A stretch of 64,000 nucleotides of DNA, from contig CAZSYH010000001.1 of the NCBI GenBank assembly GCA_964610735.1, positions 24,642-88,641 on the forward strand, read 5' to 3'. The notes below the pieces were generated by a model. It saw only the letters and a list, made by a program, of their open reading frames with translations, was not told where the DNA came from and ran no database searches. Positions 49,259 to 59,159 of this stretch are shown here, one piece after another; within the stretch, counting starts at the first letter, position 1, and every line of letters begins with the position of its first letter. This stretch comes from an uncultured Syntrophaceae bacterium (GTDB taxonomy: Bacteria; Desulfobacterota; Syntrophia; Syntrophales; UBA2210). A program made the position numbers and the translations under genes.

Positions 49259-51199
49259 TCAGGTTCTTTTTTCGACTACAATAAGAGGGTCGCCCACATC
49301 CACCTCATCTCCGGGTGATACCACCACATCCGAGATTACCCCGTTTATTTCAGAGATTATGTTGTTGAGCATTTTCATAGCTTCAAGGACTATCAATATT
49401 TGTCCTGCCGAAACATCTTCCGCCTCTGTAACAGGAATTTCGCTCACCGTTCCCTTTATGGGCGATCTGACATCTCCCAACTGCGCGAGCTTTTCTATTT
49501 CTTTGGCTGAAAGTGTAACCTTTCTTTCCTTCCCCTCGCCTTTTTGTTCAAGTTCTGTCAATATGGGTTCGGGATGATAATTTATGGTCAGATAAGTAAC
49601 GGCATCTCCTGTTTTTGTTTTTTGTTTCGGACCTATTTCTATAATATGGTGTTTTCCATAGGCATCAGAAAATTCAAACTTTTCTCCAAGATTGAAGCCA
49701 CCTTGCTTAAACCACACATGGGGAGGCAATACCCATGTCTTGCCATATTTCTCTTCAAATTTAAAGAAATTCACCGCATCATTGGGGTGTTGCAGATACA
49801 GCACAAACTCGTCATCCGTGGCCATCCGCCCAAGACGATGTTCAAGTACCCTTCTCTCCACATCCAGATCGATATCTTCTATCTTCTGATAACCCTTTTC
49901 CTTTTCCACTATTTTCTTCCAATCCAGTCCGAATACCGCCTCATATATGTCATCGGACGGCTTGTAGAAGGGAAGGTCTCCATATCTTCCCAGCATCAGA
50001 TTTTTCAGGTCATCGTTCGCGCCTTTATATCTCTTACCTCCAAGAACATTATTGACGGCCGTGGTCCACAGAATCTGCGAACCGGGGGTCACGCTCCACC
50101 AGTTACCAAGCTCAACCTGAACACGTGGCAACTCTTTCTGGAGGATTTCAGGCATCAAATGCAGGAACCCACCTTTGACTGCCTGTTCAAAACTCGATCC
50201 CGTCGCCCCACCCGGCAGTTTATGGGTCTGAACCGTGGGATCAAATCCGAGAAACTGAGATTCAAGATCCTTGTAGTGCTCTCTCTCCGGACGCAGTTTA
50301 TTCGAGGTATCAATAATTGACTGCCTGTCTATACCCAGCGCACGGTGTCCATATTCATTCAGTGTATCGATGACCGTCAATATGGGGGGAGGCCCGTAGA
50401 AACCGGTGAAGGCGTGATCTGCCGCGTCCACAATCTTCGCCCCGTTTCTCACAGCTTCAACGACTCTTCCCACATCATTCCCATCCGTGTTGTGGCCGTG
50501 GTAGTGAATAATGAGATCCGGATATCTGTCCAGGATGGATTTTGTCAGATCTCCAATTTTTTTGGCAGTTCCAAGGCCACCGTGATTCTTTATGCAGAGG
50601 ATTATATCCTCACCGGCAGCATCAAGTATCTCTCCCACCTTTTGAACATAAAATTCGTTGGTATGCTCCGGCCCCGTTGAGAAACATATCGAAGGCTCCA
50701 GTATGCATCCGGCCTCCTTCACCCCTTCGAACACCGCAGTCATATTGGGTACATAATTAAGAAAATCAAAAACCCTCCAAATATGTACGTAGCGGGCGAA
50801 ACTCTGGACTGTCAAGCGAATCACATTTTCGGGATAAGGCCTGTAACCGAATAGATTGATGCCCCTGCAGAGCGTTTGGAACATTGTATCGGGCATTAAT
50901 GAACTGAGTATCTGAAGCTTCTCCAAGGGATTGATCTGTCTGCGCAGCATATCCACATGAACCGATGCTCCTCCCGTTATCTCAAGAGAAAGGTACCCGG
51001 AATCATTCCTCTCTTTGGAGACCAGAATCTGGGTGTGCGGCATTATGCGGTTTTTGAAATCGGATTGAGAGAGGTCTCTCTCTGTATTGGTTATGTAATA
51101 TCCATTTCCCGCCCTGATCTTATCGAGAACATGTCGTACCCCGCCCTCACGCAAATCGCGAGGGGCAATTCTTTCATCAATGGCCTGCTGTTGCACCAT
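49259..51199 (-). CDS. biotin-dependent 2-oxoacid carboxylase, carboxyltransferase plus biotinyl-carrier subunit (PycB/OadA-like, divergent)
   Basis: 646 aa with a TIM-barrel carboxyltransferase-like N-terminal region (HYHGHNTDG is the H-x-H region). The C-terminal biotinyl domain has LEAMKM. It lies immediately downstream of the biotin carboxylase subunit. Confidence 0.8.
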   Translation of the reverse strand: MVQQQAIDERIAPRDLREGGVRHVLDKIRAGNGYYITNTERDLSQSDFKNRIMPHTQILVSKERNDSGYLSLEITGGASVHVDMLRRQINPLEKLQILSSLMPDTMFQTLCRGINLFGYRPYPENVIRLTVQSFARYVHIWRVFDFLNYVPNMTAVFEGVKEAGCILEPSICFSTGPEHTNEFYVQKVGEILDAAGEDIILCIKNHGGLGTAKKIGDLTKSILDRYPDLIIHYHGHNTDGNDVGRVVEAVRNGAKIVDAADHAFTGFYGPPPILTVIDTLNEYGHRALGIDRQSIIDTSNKLRPEREHYKDLESQFLGFDPTVQTHKLPGGATGSSFEQAVKGGFLHLMPEILQKELPRVQVELGNWWSVTPGSQILWTTAVNNVLGGKRYKGANDDLKNLMLGRYGDLPFYKPSDDIYEAVFGLDWKKIVEKEKGYQKIEDIDLDVERRVLEHRLGRMATDDEFVLYLQHPNDAVNFFKFEEKYGKTWVLPPHVWFKQGGFNLGEKFEFSDAYGKHHIIEIGPKQKTKTGDAVTYLTINYHPEPILTELEQKGEGKERKVTLSAKEIEKLAQLGDVRSPIKGTVSEIPVTEAEDVSAGQILIVLEAMKMLNNIISEINGVISDVVVSPGDEVDVGDPLIVVEKRT

Positions 51200-51249
51200 G
51201 GTTATTCCTTTCAGATACTAGCCCCGCTGCGCGGGATAAGTGCGATAAC

Positions 51250-51278
51250 GAAGTTGCTTTCTTGCAGAAAGCAACTTC
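51250..51278 (-). promoter_or_regulatory. perfect 12-bp stem-loop between the two carboxylase subunit genes
   Basis: GAAGTTGCTTTC (51250-51261) pairs with GAAAGCAACTTC (51267-51278) across a 5-nt loop. No U-tract follows. A second small GC hairpin (CCCGC-TGC-GCGGG) lies at 51223-51235. Confidence 0.5.
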
Positions 51279-51285
51279 TATCTTA

Positions 51286-52743
51286 CTAATACGCGTAAGG
51301 GTTAACTTTCTTCGCATGAATCTCCGCGATCAACTGCGAGAGCTTAGCAATCTCCCGCTTGTTCTCCGGGTAGTTAAACACCTCGGCATGTGTGTCCAGA
51401 TAAGATGTATTAAACTCTCCCTTACGAAAATCGGGTTCATCACAGATTGCCAGGTAGAATGGTATCGTCGTCTTCGGGCCGACAATCAAAAAGTCATTCA
51501 GCGCCCGCTTGAGACGCTGCACAGTCTGCTCCCAGTTATGTCCACGGACGGTCATCTTCACCAGAAGCGAGTCATATTCGGTTGGAATCTTGTACCCCTG
51601 ATACGCCATACCATCCAGTCTTATACCGGGACCTCCGGGAGACTGGTACACCTCCACCATCTTTCCACCTTCCGGCATGAAGTTGTTTCTTGGATCTTCC
51701 GCGTTAACCCTTACCTGAATAGCCTTGCCCAGAAGATGAAATCGCACTTCGGGAATCTGCAGATGTTCCCCTTGCGCTATCATTATCTGTTCTCGCACGA
51801 TATCAACACCGGTCAGCATCTCGGTAACCGTGTGCTCAACCTGAAGTCTCGTGTTAATCTCCATAAACCAGAACTTATTAGTGGCTGGGTCAACCAGAAA
51901 TTCTACAGTCCCCGCATTTATGTAGTCGGACTCCCTGGCCGCCAGCACGGCCGTCTCACACATAGATTCAAGGACATCAACCGGAAGATCCGCGGGCGCT
52001 ATTTCTATCAGCTTCTGGTGTCTCCTCTGGATGGAACAATCCCGCGAGCCGAGGTGAATGACTTTCCCGTGCTGGTCCGCCAATATCTGGATCTCCACGT
52101 GGCGGGGGTTCTCGATACACTTCTCTATATAAATATTATCATCATTGAAGGCATGTAAGGCTTCCGCCTTTGCCAGAGGTATCTGGACCAACAGATCCTT
52201 TTTGTCTTCAACTTTTCGTATCCCCCTCCCCCCTCCACCACGGGATGCCTTCAGCATAAGGGGAAACCCGTGTTTTTCACCAAAGTCAATGGCATCTTTT
52301 ATCCCTTTTTCACCGGAGGCAAGATTCCCGGTACCCGGTGTGATTGGTATGCTCGCTTTCTCCATGATTTTTCTGGCAATAATCTTATCGCCCAGGTTAT
52401 GTATAACGTCGGGAGGGGGACCGATGAAGGTTATATCGGCCTTTTCACAGGCGCTGGAAAAATCGGGATTCTCCGCAAGAAATCCATATCCGGGGTGTAT
52501 CGCGTCGGCGCCGCTTTTGCGGGCCGCCCAGATCATCCTGTCAATGTCAAGATAATCCTTTCTCGGCCCATCGCCTATCCTGATAGCGTCATCCGCGAGT
52601 CTGATAAAAAGCGCTTCTTTATCAGGGCTTTCGTAAATGGCTACAGACCCGAGCCCCAGTTCCTTGATCGTCCGAATCAGCCTCAGGGCTATTTCGCCCC
52701 TGTTGGCAACCAGAACTTTATTTATCTTTTTGCCTGTTGTCAT
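51286..52743 (-). CDS. biotin carboxylase subunit (PycA/AccC-like)
   Basis: VLVANRGEIALR, the ATP-grasp glycine loop ASRGGGGRGIR, and EINTRLQVEHTVTE. 485 aa. Confidence 0.9.
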   Translation of the reverse strand: MTTGKKINKVLVANRGEIALRLIRTIKELGLGSVAIYESPDKEALFIRLADDAIRIGDGPRKDYLDIDRMIWAARKSGADAIHPGYGFLAENPDFSSACEKADITFIGPPPDVIHNLGDKIIARKIMEKASIPITPGTGNLASGEKGIKDAIDFGEKHGFPLMLKASRGGGGRGIRKVEDKKDLLVQIPLAKAEALHAFNDDNIYIEKCIENPRHVEIQILADQHGKVIHLGSRDCSIQRRHQKLIEIAPADLPVDVLESMCETAVLAARESDYINAGTVEFLVDPATNKFWFMEINTRLQVEHTVTEMLTGVDIVREQIMIAQGEHLQIPEVRFHLLGKAIQVRVNAEDPRNNFMPEGGKMVEVYQSPGGPGIRLDGMAYQGYKIPTEYDSLLVKMTVRGHNWEQTVQRLKRALNDFLIVGPKTTIPFYLAICDEPDFRKGEFNTSYLDTHAEVFNYPENKREIAKLSQLIAEIHAKKVNPYAY

Positions 52744-52851
52744 TATTACCCTTCCAAATAGAGGTGTAAGAAATTGTGCATGCTATATTTATCGGTTTGT
52801 CATGTCAAGAAAATAGGCAGCCGCCAAAGTGGCAGCACTCTTAAAAAGCCG

Positions 52852-54018
52852 TCAGATGTAACTGTGCATTATCCTATACAAATCTCTGTCTAGATTCCCG
52901 GAACCCTCTCTTTTGTACTCTTCCAACACAGACTTGAGGGCATTATAAGTCCTCGCGTCCGAAAGATCATCAATACTTCTGTATATACCTTTTCTCCTGC
53001 CAAGACGGTATATGCCCCTGTCCTCTTCAGACATCGCGAAAAAGCTGTTAATGATGTCAAGAAGCTTCTCTTTGTCCTCTGGAAGCTTGCCTTCCACCTC
53101 CTCCAGAAGGTTAAGTATATGATCGCTGACTATTCTGCTTTCAATGCCTTCAAGATTTTCAATAAACAACCTTATTTCTCTTACCACATCCTCATCACCA
53201 AGCGGCCTGAATCCCCCGTCCTTCATCATCCTGTAAAGGTCGGTGCCTCTTCTTACCTGCAAGGACCTTAACCTTATGTAATCCGGATTTATCTCATTGA
53301 TGACCCTTGCGGTTTCCAGGGCATTCTCGCGGGACCATCTGTCTCCTCCAAGGCCCGGCATGATATACTCGGAAAGAGATATGCCCGATTCCACTATCTT
53401 TTGTCCACCCTCTATATGGTCAGCGGCAGTGACACCCTTTTTGATGAACTTCAGGACAGGGTCGCTCCCGCTTTCCAAACCGATATGGATTCTTGTCAGG
53501 CCGGCGTCGCGGAGCATGCGCAATTCTTCAATAGATTTCCGGCGGGCGGTATGCGACCTGCAGTATGAAGTAATCCTGCTGACAGAAGGAAACCTTTCCC
53601 TTATGAAAGATAATATTTCAACCAGATCCCCTGTTTTCACTATAATTGAATCGGCATCCTGGAGAAAAACAGATTCACCGCCGAAATAGAGCCACGCTGC
53701 TATCTGTCTTAAACTATCGCTGTAAATCGCGTCGCTCCCGTAAACACGGTCGATGACTGAGCGTGTAACGGCTCCCCCCTGCCCCAGTTTCCACGATATC
53801 TCCCGCACTTGATCCGCTATATCCCTGGCCTCCTGTATGTCACCCTTGACCTCCTCCACTGATCTCAGTTCAAACTTTGTTCCGCGATATGTATGGCAGA
53901 AGGCACACTTGTTCCAGGGACAGTTTCTTGTAACCCTGATCAGGAGGCTTTTCGCCTCGCTCGGAGGTCTTATAGGACCCTGTTCAAAAGAAAAATTCAT
54001 AATATTATCACCCTGCAC
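52852..54018 (-). CDS. radical SAM protein, uncharacterised subfamily with CX4CX2C cluster motif
   Basis: GPIRPPSEAKSLLIRVTRNCPWNKCAFCHTY, later IGLESGSDPVLKFIKKG. Start is either the GTG at 54018 or the ATG at 54000, which is 3 or 21 nt after the macro-domain gene stop. Confidence 0.8.
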   Translation of the reverse strand: MQGDNIMNFSFEQGPIRPPSEAKSLLIRVTRNCPWNKCAFCHTYRGTKFELRSVEEVKGDIQEARDIADQVREISWKLGQGGAVTRSVIDRVYGSDAIYSDSLRQIAAWLYFGGESVFLQDADSIIVKTGDLVEILSFIRERFPSVSRITSYCRSHTARRKSIEELRMLRDAGLTRIHIGLESGSDPVLKFIKKGVTAADHIEGGQKIVESGISLSEYIMPGLGGDRWSRENALETARVINEINPDYIRLRSLQVRRGTDLYRMMKDGGFRPLGDEDVVREIRLFIENLEGIESRIVSDHILNLLEEVEGKLPEDKEKLLDIINSFFAMSEEDRGIYRLGRRKGIYRSIDDLSDARTYNALKSVLEEYKREGSGNLDRDLYRIMHSYI

Positions 54019-54021
54019 GAA

Positions 54022-54552
54022 TCAAATCATTTTTTTCAGCTCACCCGAAAATACATCATATATATTCTGGTTGAACAAGACAAACCGAACCAGCTCTATC
54101 TCTTCGTGGTCTCTCACATAATCAATAACAGTTTCAAGGGCAATGGATGCCGCCTCTCCCAGGGGATAACCATATATCCCCGCGCTTATTGCGGGAAAAG
54201 ACGCGCTCCTTAGCCCCTTCTGCGTAACCTTTTTAAGACTCTCCAGATAGGCACTTTTCAGAAGGTCTGCCTCCCCCCTATTACCCCCGCTGTAAACAGG
54301 GCCCACCGTATGAATAACATATCCGGCTTTGAGGTTTCCCCCTCCGGTAACCACCGCCTGACCTGTGGGACAGTAGCCTATCTCCCTGCATTCCTTCATA
54401 ATGGAGGGGCCTCCAGCTCTGTGTATGGCACCATCCACACCTCCGCCGCCTTTCAATCCTGAATTCGCGGCATTCACTATGGCGTTCGTTTCTTCTTTTG
54501 TTATGTCTCCCAGAACAAGGGCAATAACCGCATTATTTATCTTTATTTCCAT
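54022..54552 (-). CDS. macro domain protein (YmdB/Af1521-like ADP-ribose-binding/O-acetyl-ADP-ribose deacetylase type)
   Basis: 176 aa with GDITKEETNAIVNAANSGLKGGGGVDGAIHRAGG and SFPAISAGIYGYP, both canonical macro-domain motifs. Confidence 0.9.
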   Translation of the reverse strand: MEIKINNAVIALVLGDITKEETNAIVNAANSGLKGGGGVDGAIHRAGGPSIMKECREIGYCPTGQAVVTGGGNLKAGYVIHTVGPVYSGGNRGEADLLKSAYLESLKKVTQKGLRSASFPAISAGIYGYPLGEAASIALETVIDYVRDHEEIELVRFVLFNQNIYDVFSGELKKMI

Positions 54553-54884
54553 GGCCGCCTCCCCCTCGCTTCCACTTCAGGCAAGCACCCTGCAGAGCGC
54601 ATCCCCGGATTACATTGATTTTTCATGGGTGCGATAATATCTTATCCGTGAAAAAAAACAAACCCAAAAATCTGATAATTGACTAATGCACATAATTCTT
54701 CGCCGGAGTTTGGGGTCAAATCGACCCCCCACCCCGGCACCAAAATCACCTTTTGGGTAACATTCGTTCTGGATCAATACGCATGTTGCATTATGTTCTA
54801 ATTATGTTAAACTGCAGGGCAATCTATTCGAAAACTCAGATGGCATCAGGCAAAGATCTTGTAAATCCGTCAAGGAGGTTTGAC

Positions 54885-55397
54885 ATGACTGAAAAGCAGG
54901 GAAACGTAGAGGAACAGAAAGAGGTCGGTCTGTACGAAAAATTGACTTTAAGGTCGAAGGAGCTTATTGAGAAGGCGCGAGGTAAAACAGCCGAGACGGC
55001 AGAAGCGGCCATTGAGAAGGCAAAGGCAGAGATGGTTGCGGCGGGTGAGTTCGGAAGTGAGCAGGGGGATCGGTTAAAGGCTTATTTGATACGTGATCTT
55101 CAAGCCGCCAGCAATGCCGCTTCAAAAATGGGGAAAACGGCCCTTGAGATGCTCGAACCCCATCGGGTGGCAACCGGTGTCCAGAGTGCCCTTGCCAAGA
55201 TACTGGACACGGTTGGCGGTACGTTAGAAGAGTGGGGAAGCAAGCTTGAAGAGGGGCTGGATTACAAAACGGGGGAGGTAACAACCCCGGGAACCATTAC
55301 GTGCAAGAAATGCGGAAACAGCATGAAAATGCTGAATACTGGGCATATCCCGCCCTGTCATAAATGCCGGGGAACAAAATTCAGAAAATCTTACTAG
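54885..55397 (+). CDS. zinc-ribbon protein, YbeL/DUF1451-like
   Basis: The ATG is preceded by a CAAGGAGG SD. A helical, Ala/Glu-rich N-terminal part is followed by a C-terminal C-x2-C...C-x2-C ribbon (CKKCGNSMKMLNTGHIPPCHKCRGTKF). The ORF opens at 54753 but I prefer the SD-supported start. Confidence 0.6.
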   Translation: MTEKQGNVEEQKEVGLYEKLTLRSKELIEKARGKTAETAEAAIEKAKAEMVAAGEFGSEQGDRLKAYLIRDLQAASNAASKMGKTALEMLEPHRVATGVQSALAKILDTVGGTLEEWGSKLEEGLDYKTGEVTTPGTITCKKCGNSMKMLNTGHIPPCHKCRGTKFRKSY

Positions 55398-55426
55398 TGA
55401 AATGCGTCTAATACTTCTTTACATTA

Positions 55427-55461
55427 GTGTCTCAACGTTTGCACCCACATTGTTGAGACAC
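55427..55461 (+). promoter_or_regulatory. 10-bp perfect stem-loop downstream of the zinc-ribbon gene
   Basis: GTGTCTCAAC (55427-55436) pairs with GTTGAGACAC (55452-55461) across a 15-nt loop. It lies immediately upstream of the terminator hairpin. Confidence 0.5.
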
Positions 55462-55464
55462 AAA

Positions 55465-55500
55465 AAGCCCGGAGAAGATATCTTGTCCGGGCTTTTCTTC
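55465..55500 (+). terminator. rho-independent terminator after the zinc-ribbon gene
   Basis: AAGCCCGGA (55465-55473) pairs with TCCGGGCTT (55486-55494), followed by TTCTTC. It lies 65 nt upstream of tamB. Confidence 0.65.
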
Positions 55501-55564
55501 AATCCACCCTTTGACAAAATAACATAGAATGTCAGGTGAAGAGATCTGACATGTAGATGGTACA

Positions 55565-58500
55565 ATGGTAAAGTTAATCAAACATATCGGCATTGGTTTT
55601 TCCATATGCTTCATAGTGGTTTTTATATTGATAAGCGGGGCCATCCTTACCCTGAAAACCGACCCGGTTCAGGTGTTTATACAGAATCGAATTAATGCAA
55701 TTATTCCCGGTTCCGTCAGGTGGGAACACTTCCGTTTTTCTTTGATCAAAGGTGATTTTGAAGTAACAGGCTGCGTCCTGAAAGGGCCATCGGAAGAGGA
55801 TCTGGCCCGCTTTGACCACCTTTCAATCAGCCTCCTGTGGAGCGCGTTACGTGAGGGGAATATTGTCTTATCATCGGTCATTATTGAAAAGCCCAGGGTG
55901 ATAATTCGTACCGAAAAGGACGGCAGCCTGAATCTCACAAAAGCTTTTACTGTTGAAGGATCCACTCCTGAGAGTAAAACTGCAGGCCTGCCCTTTAACA
56001 TCGTTATCAAAAGCCTTAAAATCAACGAAGGCTCGGCCCGATATTCAATGGCCGACAACAATTTTCAAACAGCAATCGACAATGTAAATCTTTCGGGCAG
56101 TGCAGATTCCACCCGTGAGAATGGCGCTCTTGCCATCAATATCGCCAACGGGTTCATCAGCACACCCGCCGTGGATACCGGTTTTGACAATCTGGAACTA
56201 AATACAGGATTAGAAAACCGTGTGCTGACGCTTGACGTTTTTCAGGGAAACATCGCCTCCGGCAATTTCGAGATGAGGGGCCAGATGGACTTTCGAAAGG
56301 CCTTTCCCGAAGGGTTTATTGACTCAACCCCGGCCCTCGATGCGATAACATACACAGTATCATTTCAGGGAAACGGTATTAATGTCGGAAAGATTCTTAA
56401 AGATAGCGATGTAACGGGTATCGTGAGTTCGTCATTTTCCCTCGAAGGAACCGGCCTGTCCCCTCAAACACTCTTGGGGCGTCTTAAGGCAGAGCTAAGA
56501 GCGGAACAGGTTGCCGTCGGAACACACGCCATACCCATGGATATCAAGGCTTCTGTCACAACGAATCTTAACAAAGGCATTGCCACAGTTGAACAGTTTG
56601 ACGCCAGGGCGGGTGAAATAACAGCGGCCGCGGGTGGCACCTTTGATCTTGCCTCGCGGGCCATAGCGGCACATATCGAACTGGATGCCCCGAATCTTTC
56701 GGATACCCTGTCATCGATGGGATTAGTCGGAATTGGAGGAGAAGCACATCTTGCGGCAACTCTCTCGGGAACAGACACCCAGCCTGTCTTTGAATGCAGT
56801 ATGGATGGCGAACGACTTAGCTATAAAGACTTCGGGATAGGGAATGTTCAATCAACAGTCGAGCTTGATCATTCGGGTCTTTTACGGTTACAGAAATTCA
56901 CCCTTCACAATGGAAATTCAGACATGGAAGCCTCTGGAACAGTTAAGCTTTTCGACAATACAGCGGTCCTTGCAGATCCCCCCTTTCAATTAGATTTTCA
57001 AAGTAAATCAATATTTCTGAGCGACTTCACCGAGCTGGTTAAGGGGAAGATAGCTCTCGCCGGTCACTGCAAAGGCATCCTGGATTCACCAACGGGCACG
57101 ATCGAAATAGGGGGCAATAGCATTGATTTTGGCGTCCAGAAGCTCAGCCAATTTGAATTGTCTGCCAGATTAGACGGGAAGAAACTTTACATTAAGCCGT
57201 TCAGAGTTGATGTCGTGCCGGGAGAATATATAGAAGGATACGGATGGTTCTCACTTGATAAATCTTACAACTTCAATCTGGCGGCCAAAGGAATCTCGCT
57301 CCGTTCCATCGACAAACTCAAAGATCAGAAAACCGCCGAAGGAACAATAGTCCTTAATCTTTCGGGTGAAGGCGTGCTTGATTCTCCCAGTTTGAGCGGA
57401 ACAGCCATGCTTCATGACATTCAGATAGAAGGCAGAGCATTTGAAGATTTAACGGTTAACCTTGATGTTAGCAACGGCCTCGCAAGGGCCTTTGGCAGAC
57501 TGAATTTCGATTTTGATGGGTCATATCACCTCACACGAAAAGATTTCCAGGTTTCCGCTGATTTTAAAGAAAGCAACCTCACCCCATACTTCGAAATCGC
57601 GGGGAGAGAGGACTTGAAGGGGGTCGCCACAGGCACCCTGAATGTGAAAGGCAACGCGGATTCTCTCAACCGCATTGAGGCCTCCGCGGATTTTACCAAA
57701 TTCACACTCTCTTTCAAGGACCTTCAACTGCTCCATACCGAAAACTTTAAGGCAAGATACGGGAACAACGAGTTCATCATTTCCCCCTGCCGTCTTGAAC
57801 TGCTCAGAGACGGATATATTGAGATAGAAGGAAATGGAAAACCTGATGGTCCGATTTCACTCACAACCGACGGGAAGCTTCCCCTGCGGATCGCCCAGCC
57901 GTTTATCGAAGATATTGACGACATAACGGGAAATGTACTGCTCTCGGCGCGGGTGGAAGGAACGTGGTCCGCTCCTGACATCCAGACCCGGCTCACCCTG
58001 GAAGAAATCGGGTTTACTGTGCCTGTGCTCTTACAGAAACTTCATAATGTAAGTGGCCTTGTCGAGGTTACCCCCCAAGCGATGACCATCAAAGATATTA
58101 AAGGGAAGCTTGATTCAGGAAACTTTGACGTGAACGGTACAATCGATATCAAAGACCTTACCCCTCGCCAAGTAGACATCACTATAACGGCCGCCGCTCT
58201 TCCTCTCCGGCTTCCCGATGTGATGGACTTGCTCCTGAACGCGAAACTTAAGATTTCCGGGAATCCTGAACAATCCAAAGCTCAGGGAGAAATAGTCCTT
58301 CTCGAAGGAACCTATTACAAAGATGTTAATCTGAGTCTTGTCGGGCTTGTAAAAGAAAGAAAGCGTGAAGTGAAGCCGCCTCCCCGTGAAATCGCCTATC
58401 CCTTTATGAAAAATATGGAACTCGATGTATCCGTCAAACGGCGTAATCCCTTGCTCATAGACAACAATCTCGCCCATCTTGAAGTCAGCCCCGATCTGCT

Positions 58501-59143
58501 GTTTACGGGCACGATCAACGATCCCGCAATCAAAGGCCGCGCCGAGGTGAATTCGGGGACTGTCACATATTATAAAAGGACATTCAATGTAAAAAGAGGG
58601 GTCATCGACTTCCTGAATCCTTATAAAATTGAGCCGACTATTGATATAGCCACGGAAGTGCAGGTAAGAAAATGGCAGATATTTCTTGATATATCCGGAA
58701 CACCGGATCAGCTCGCGTTCAACCTCACCTCTGATCCGCCGGAAGAAGATGGCGATATTGTATCACTGTTGCTCCTCGGCAAAACCACACGGGAGTTCAC
58801 TGGGCCGGAGGGGGGAGGGAGCCGGTCAACGAAAGAAATGCTGACAGAGATGATCGCAACGACCTTCGGAGAAGATATCAAGAAGTCAACGGGCCTGGAT
58901 ATTCTTGAAGTTGAAACGGAATCTCGGGAAGAAAAAAGGGCAACGGAGAGTATCAAGGTTACGATAGGCAAACAACTCACAAAGAGAATGACCGTCAAGT
59001 ATACCGCGGGAACAAAAGACGGGGAAATGATCCAGCGTGCCATCGCCGAATATCAATTTCTTGAAAATATATTACTGAACGGTTTCCAGGATTCAAGGGG
59101 AGTTTTCGGCGGAGAACTGATGTTCAGGCTGGAATTTCGTTAA
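55565..59143 (+). CDS. tamB: translocation and assembly module subunit TamB (AsmA-like, C-terminal DUF490)
   Basis: 1192 aa. An N-terminal signal-anchor (IGIGFSICFIVVFILISGAIL) is followed by a long beta-rich repetitive body. The C-terminal region is typical of TamB (G..Y....F.V..G.I.F), with a terminal aromatic-rich strand LMFRLEFR. Confidence 0.85.
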   Translation: MVKLIKHIGIGFSICFIVVFILISGAILTLKTDPVQVFIQNRINAIIPGSVRWEHFRFSLIKGDFEVTGCVLKGPSEEDLARFDHLSISLLWSALREGNIVLSSVIIEKPRVIIRTEKDGSLNLTKAFTVEGSTPESKTAGLPFNIVIKSLKINEGSARYSMADNNFQTAIDNVNLSGSADSTRENGALAINIANGFISTPAVDTGFDNLELNTGLENRVLTLDVFQGNIASGNFEMRGQMDFRKAFPEGFIDSTPALDAITYTVSFQGNGINVGKILKDSDVTGIVSSSFSLEGTGLSPQTLLGRLKAELRAEQVAVGTHAIPMDIKASVTTNLNKGIATVEQFDARAGEITAAAGGTFDLASRAIAAHIELDAPNLSDTLSSMGLVGIGGEAHLAATLSGTDTQPVFECSMDGERLSYKDFGIGNVQSTVELDHSGLLRLQKFTLHNGNSDMEASGTVKLFDNTAVLADPPFQLDFQSKSIFLSDFTELVKGKIALAGHCKGILDSPTGTIEIGGNSIDFGVQKLSQFELSARLDGKKLYIKPFRVDVVPGEYIEGYGWFSLDKSYNFNLAAKGISLRSIDKLKDQKTAEGTIVLNLSGEGVLDSPSLSGTAMLHDIQIEGRAFEDLTVNLDVSNGLARAFGRLNFDFDGSYHLTRKDFQVSADFKESNLTPYFEIAGREDLKGVATGTLNVKGNADSLNRIEASADFTKFTLSFKDLQLLHTENFKARYGNNEFIISPCRLELLRDGYIEIEGNGKPDGPISLTTDGKLPLRIAQPFIEDIDDITGNVLLSARVEGTWSAPDIQTRLTLEEIGFTVPVLLQKLHNVSGLVEVTPQAMTIKDIKGKLDSGNFDVNGTIDIKDLTPRQVDITITAAALPLRLPDVMDLLLNAKLKISGNPEQSKAQGEIVLLEGTYYKDVNLSLVGLVKERKREVKPPPREIAYPFMKNMELDVSVKRRNPLLIDNNLAHLEVSPDLLFTGTINDPAIKGRAEVNSGTVTYYKRTFNVKRGVIDFLNPYKIEPTIDIATEVQVRKWQIFLDISGTPDQLAFNLTSDPPEEDGDIVSLLLLGKTTREFTGPEGGGSRSTKEMLTEMIATTFGEDIKKSTGLDILEVETESREEKRATESIKVTIGKQLTKRMTVKYTAGTKDGEMIQRAIAEYQFLENILLNGFQDSRGVFGGELMFRLEFR

Positions 59144-59159
59144 CACTGTCGAGATTAAA

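Noticed and set aside
51262-52158. 298-aa plus-strand ORF
   Set aside because: It is antisense to the biotin carboxylase subunit. It has no start context and no recognisable domain, so it is a shadow ORF.
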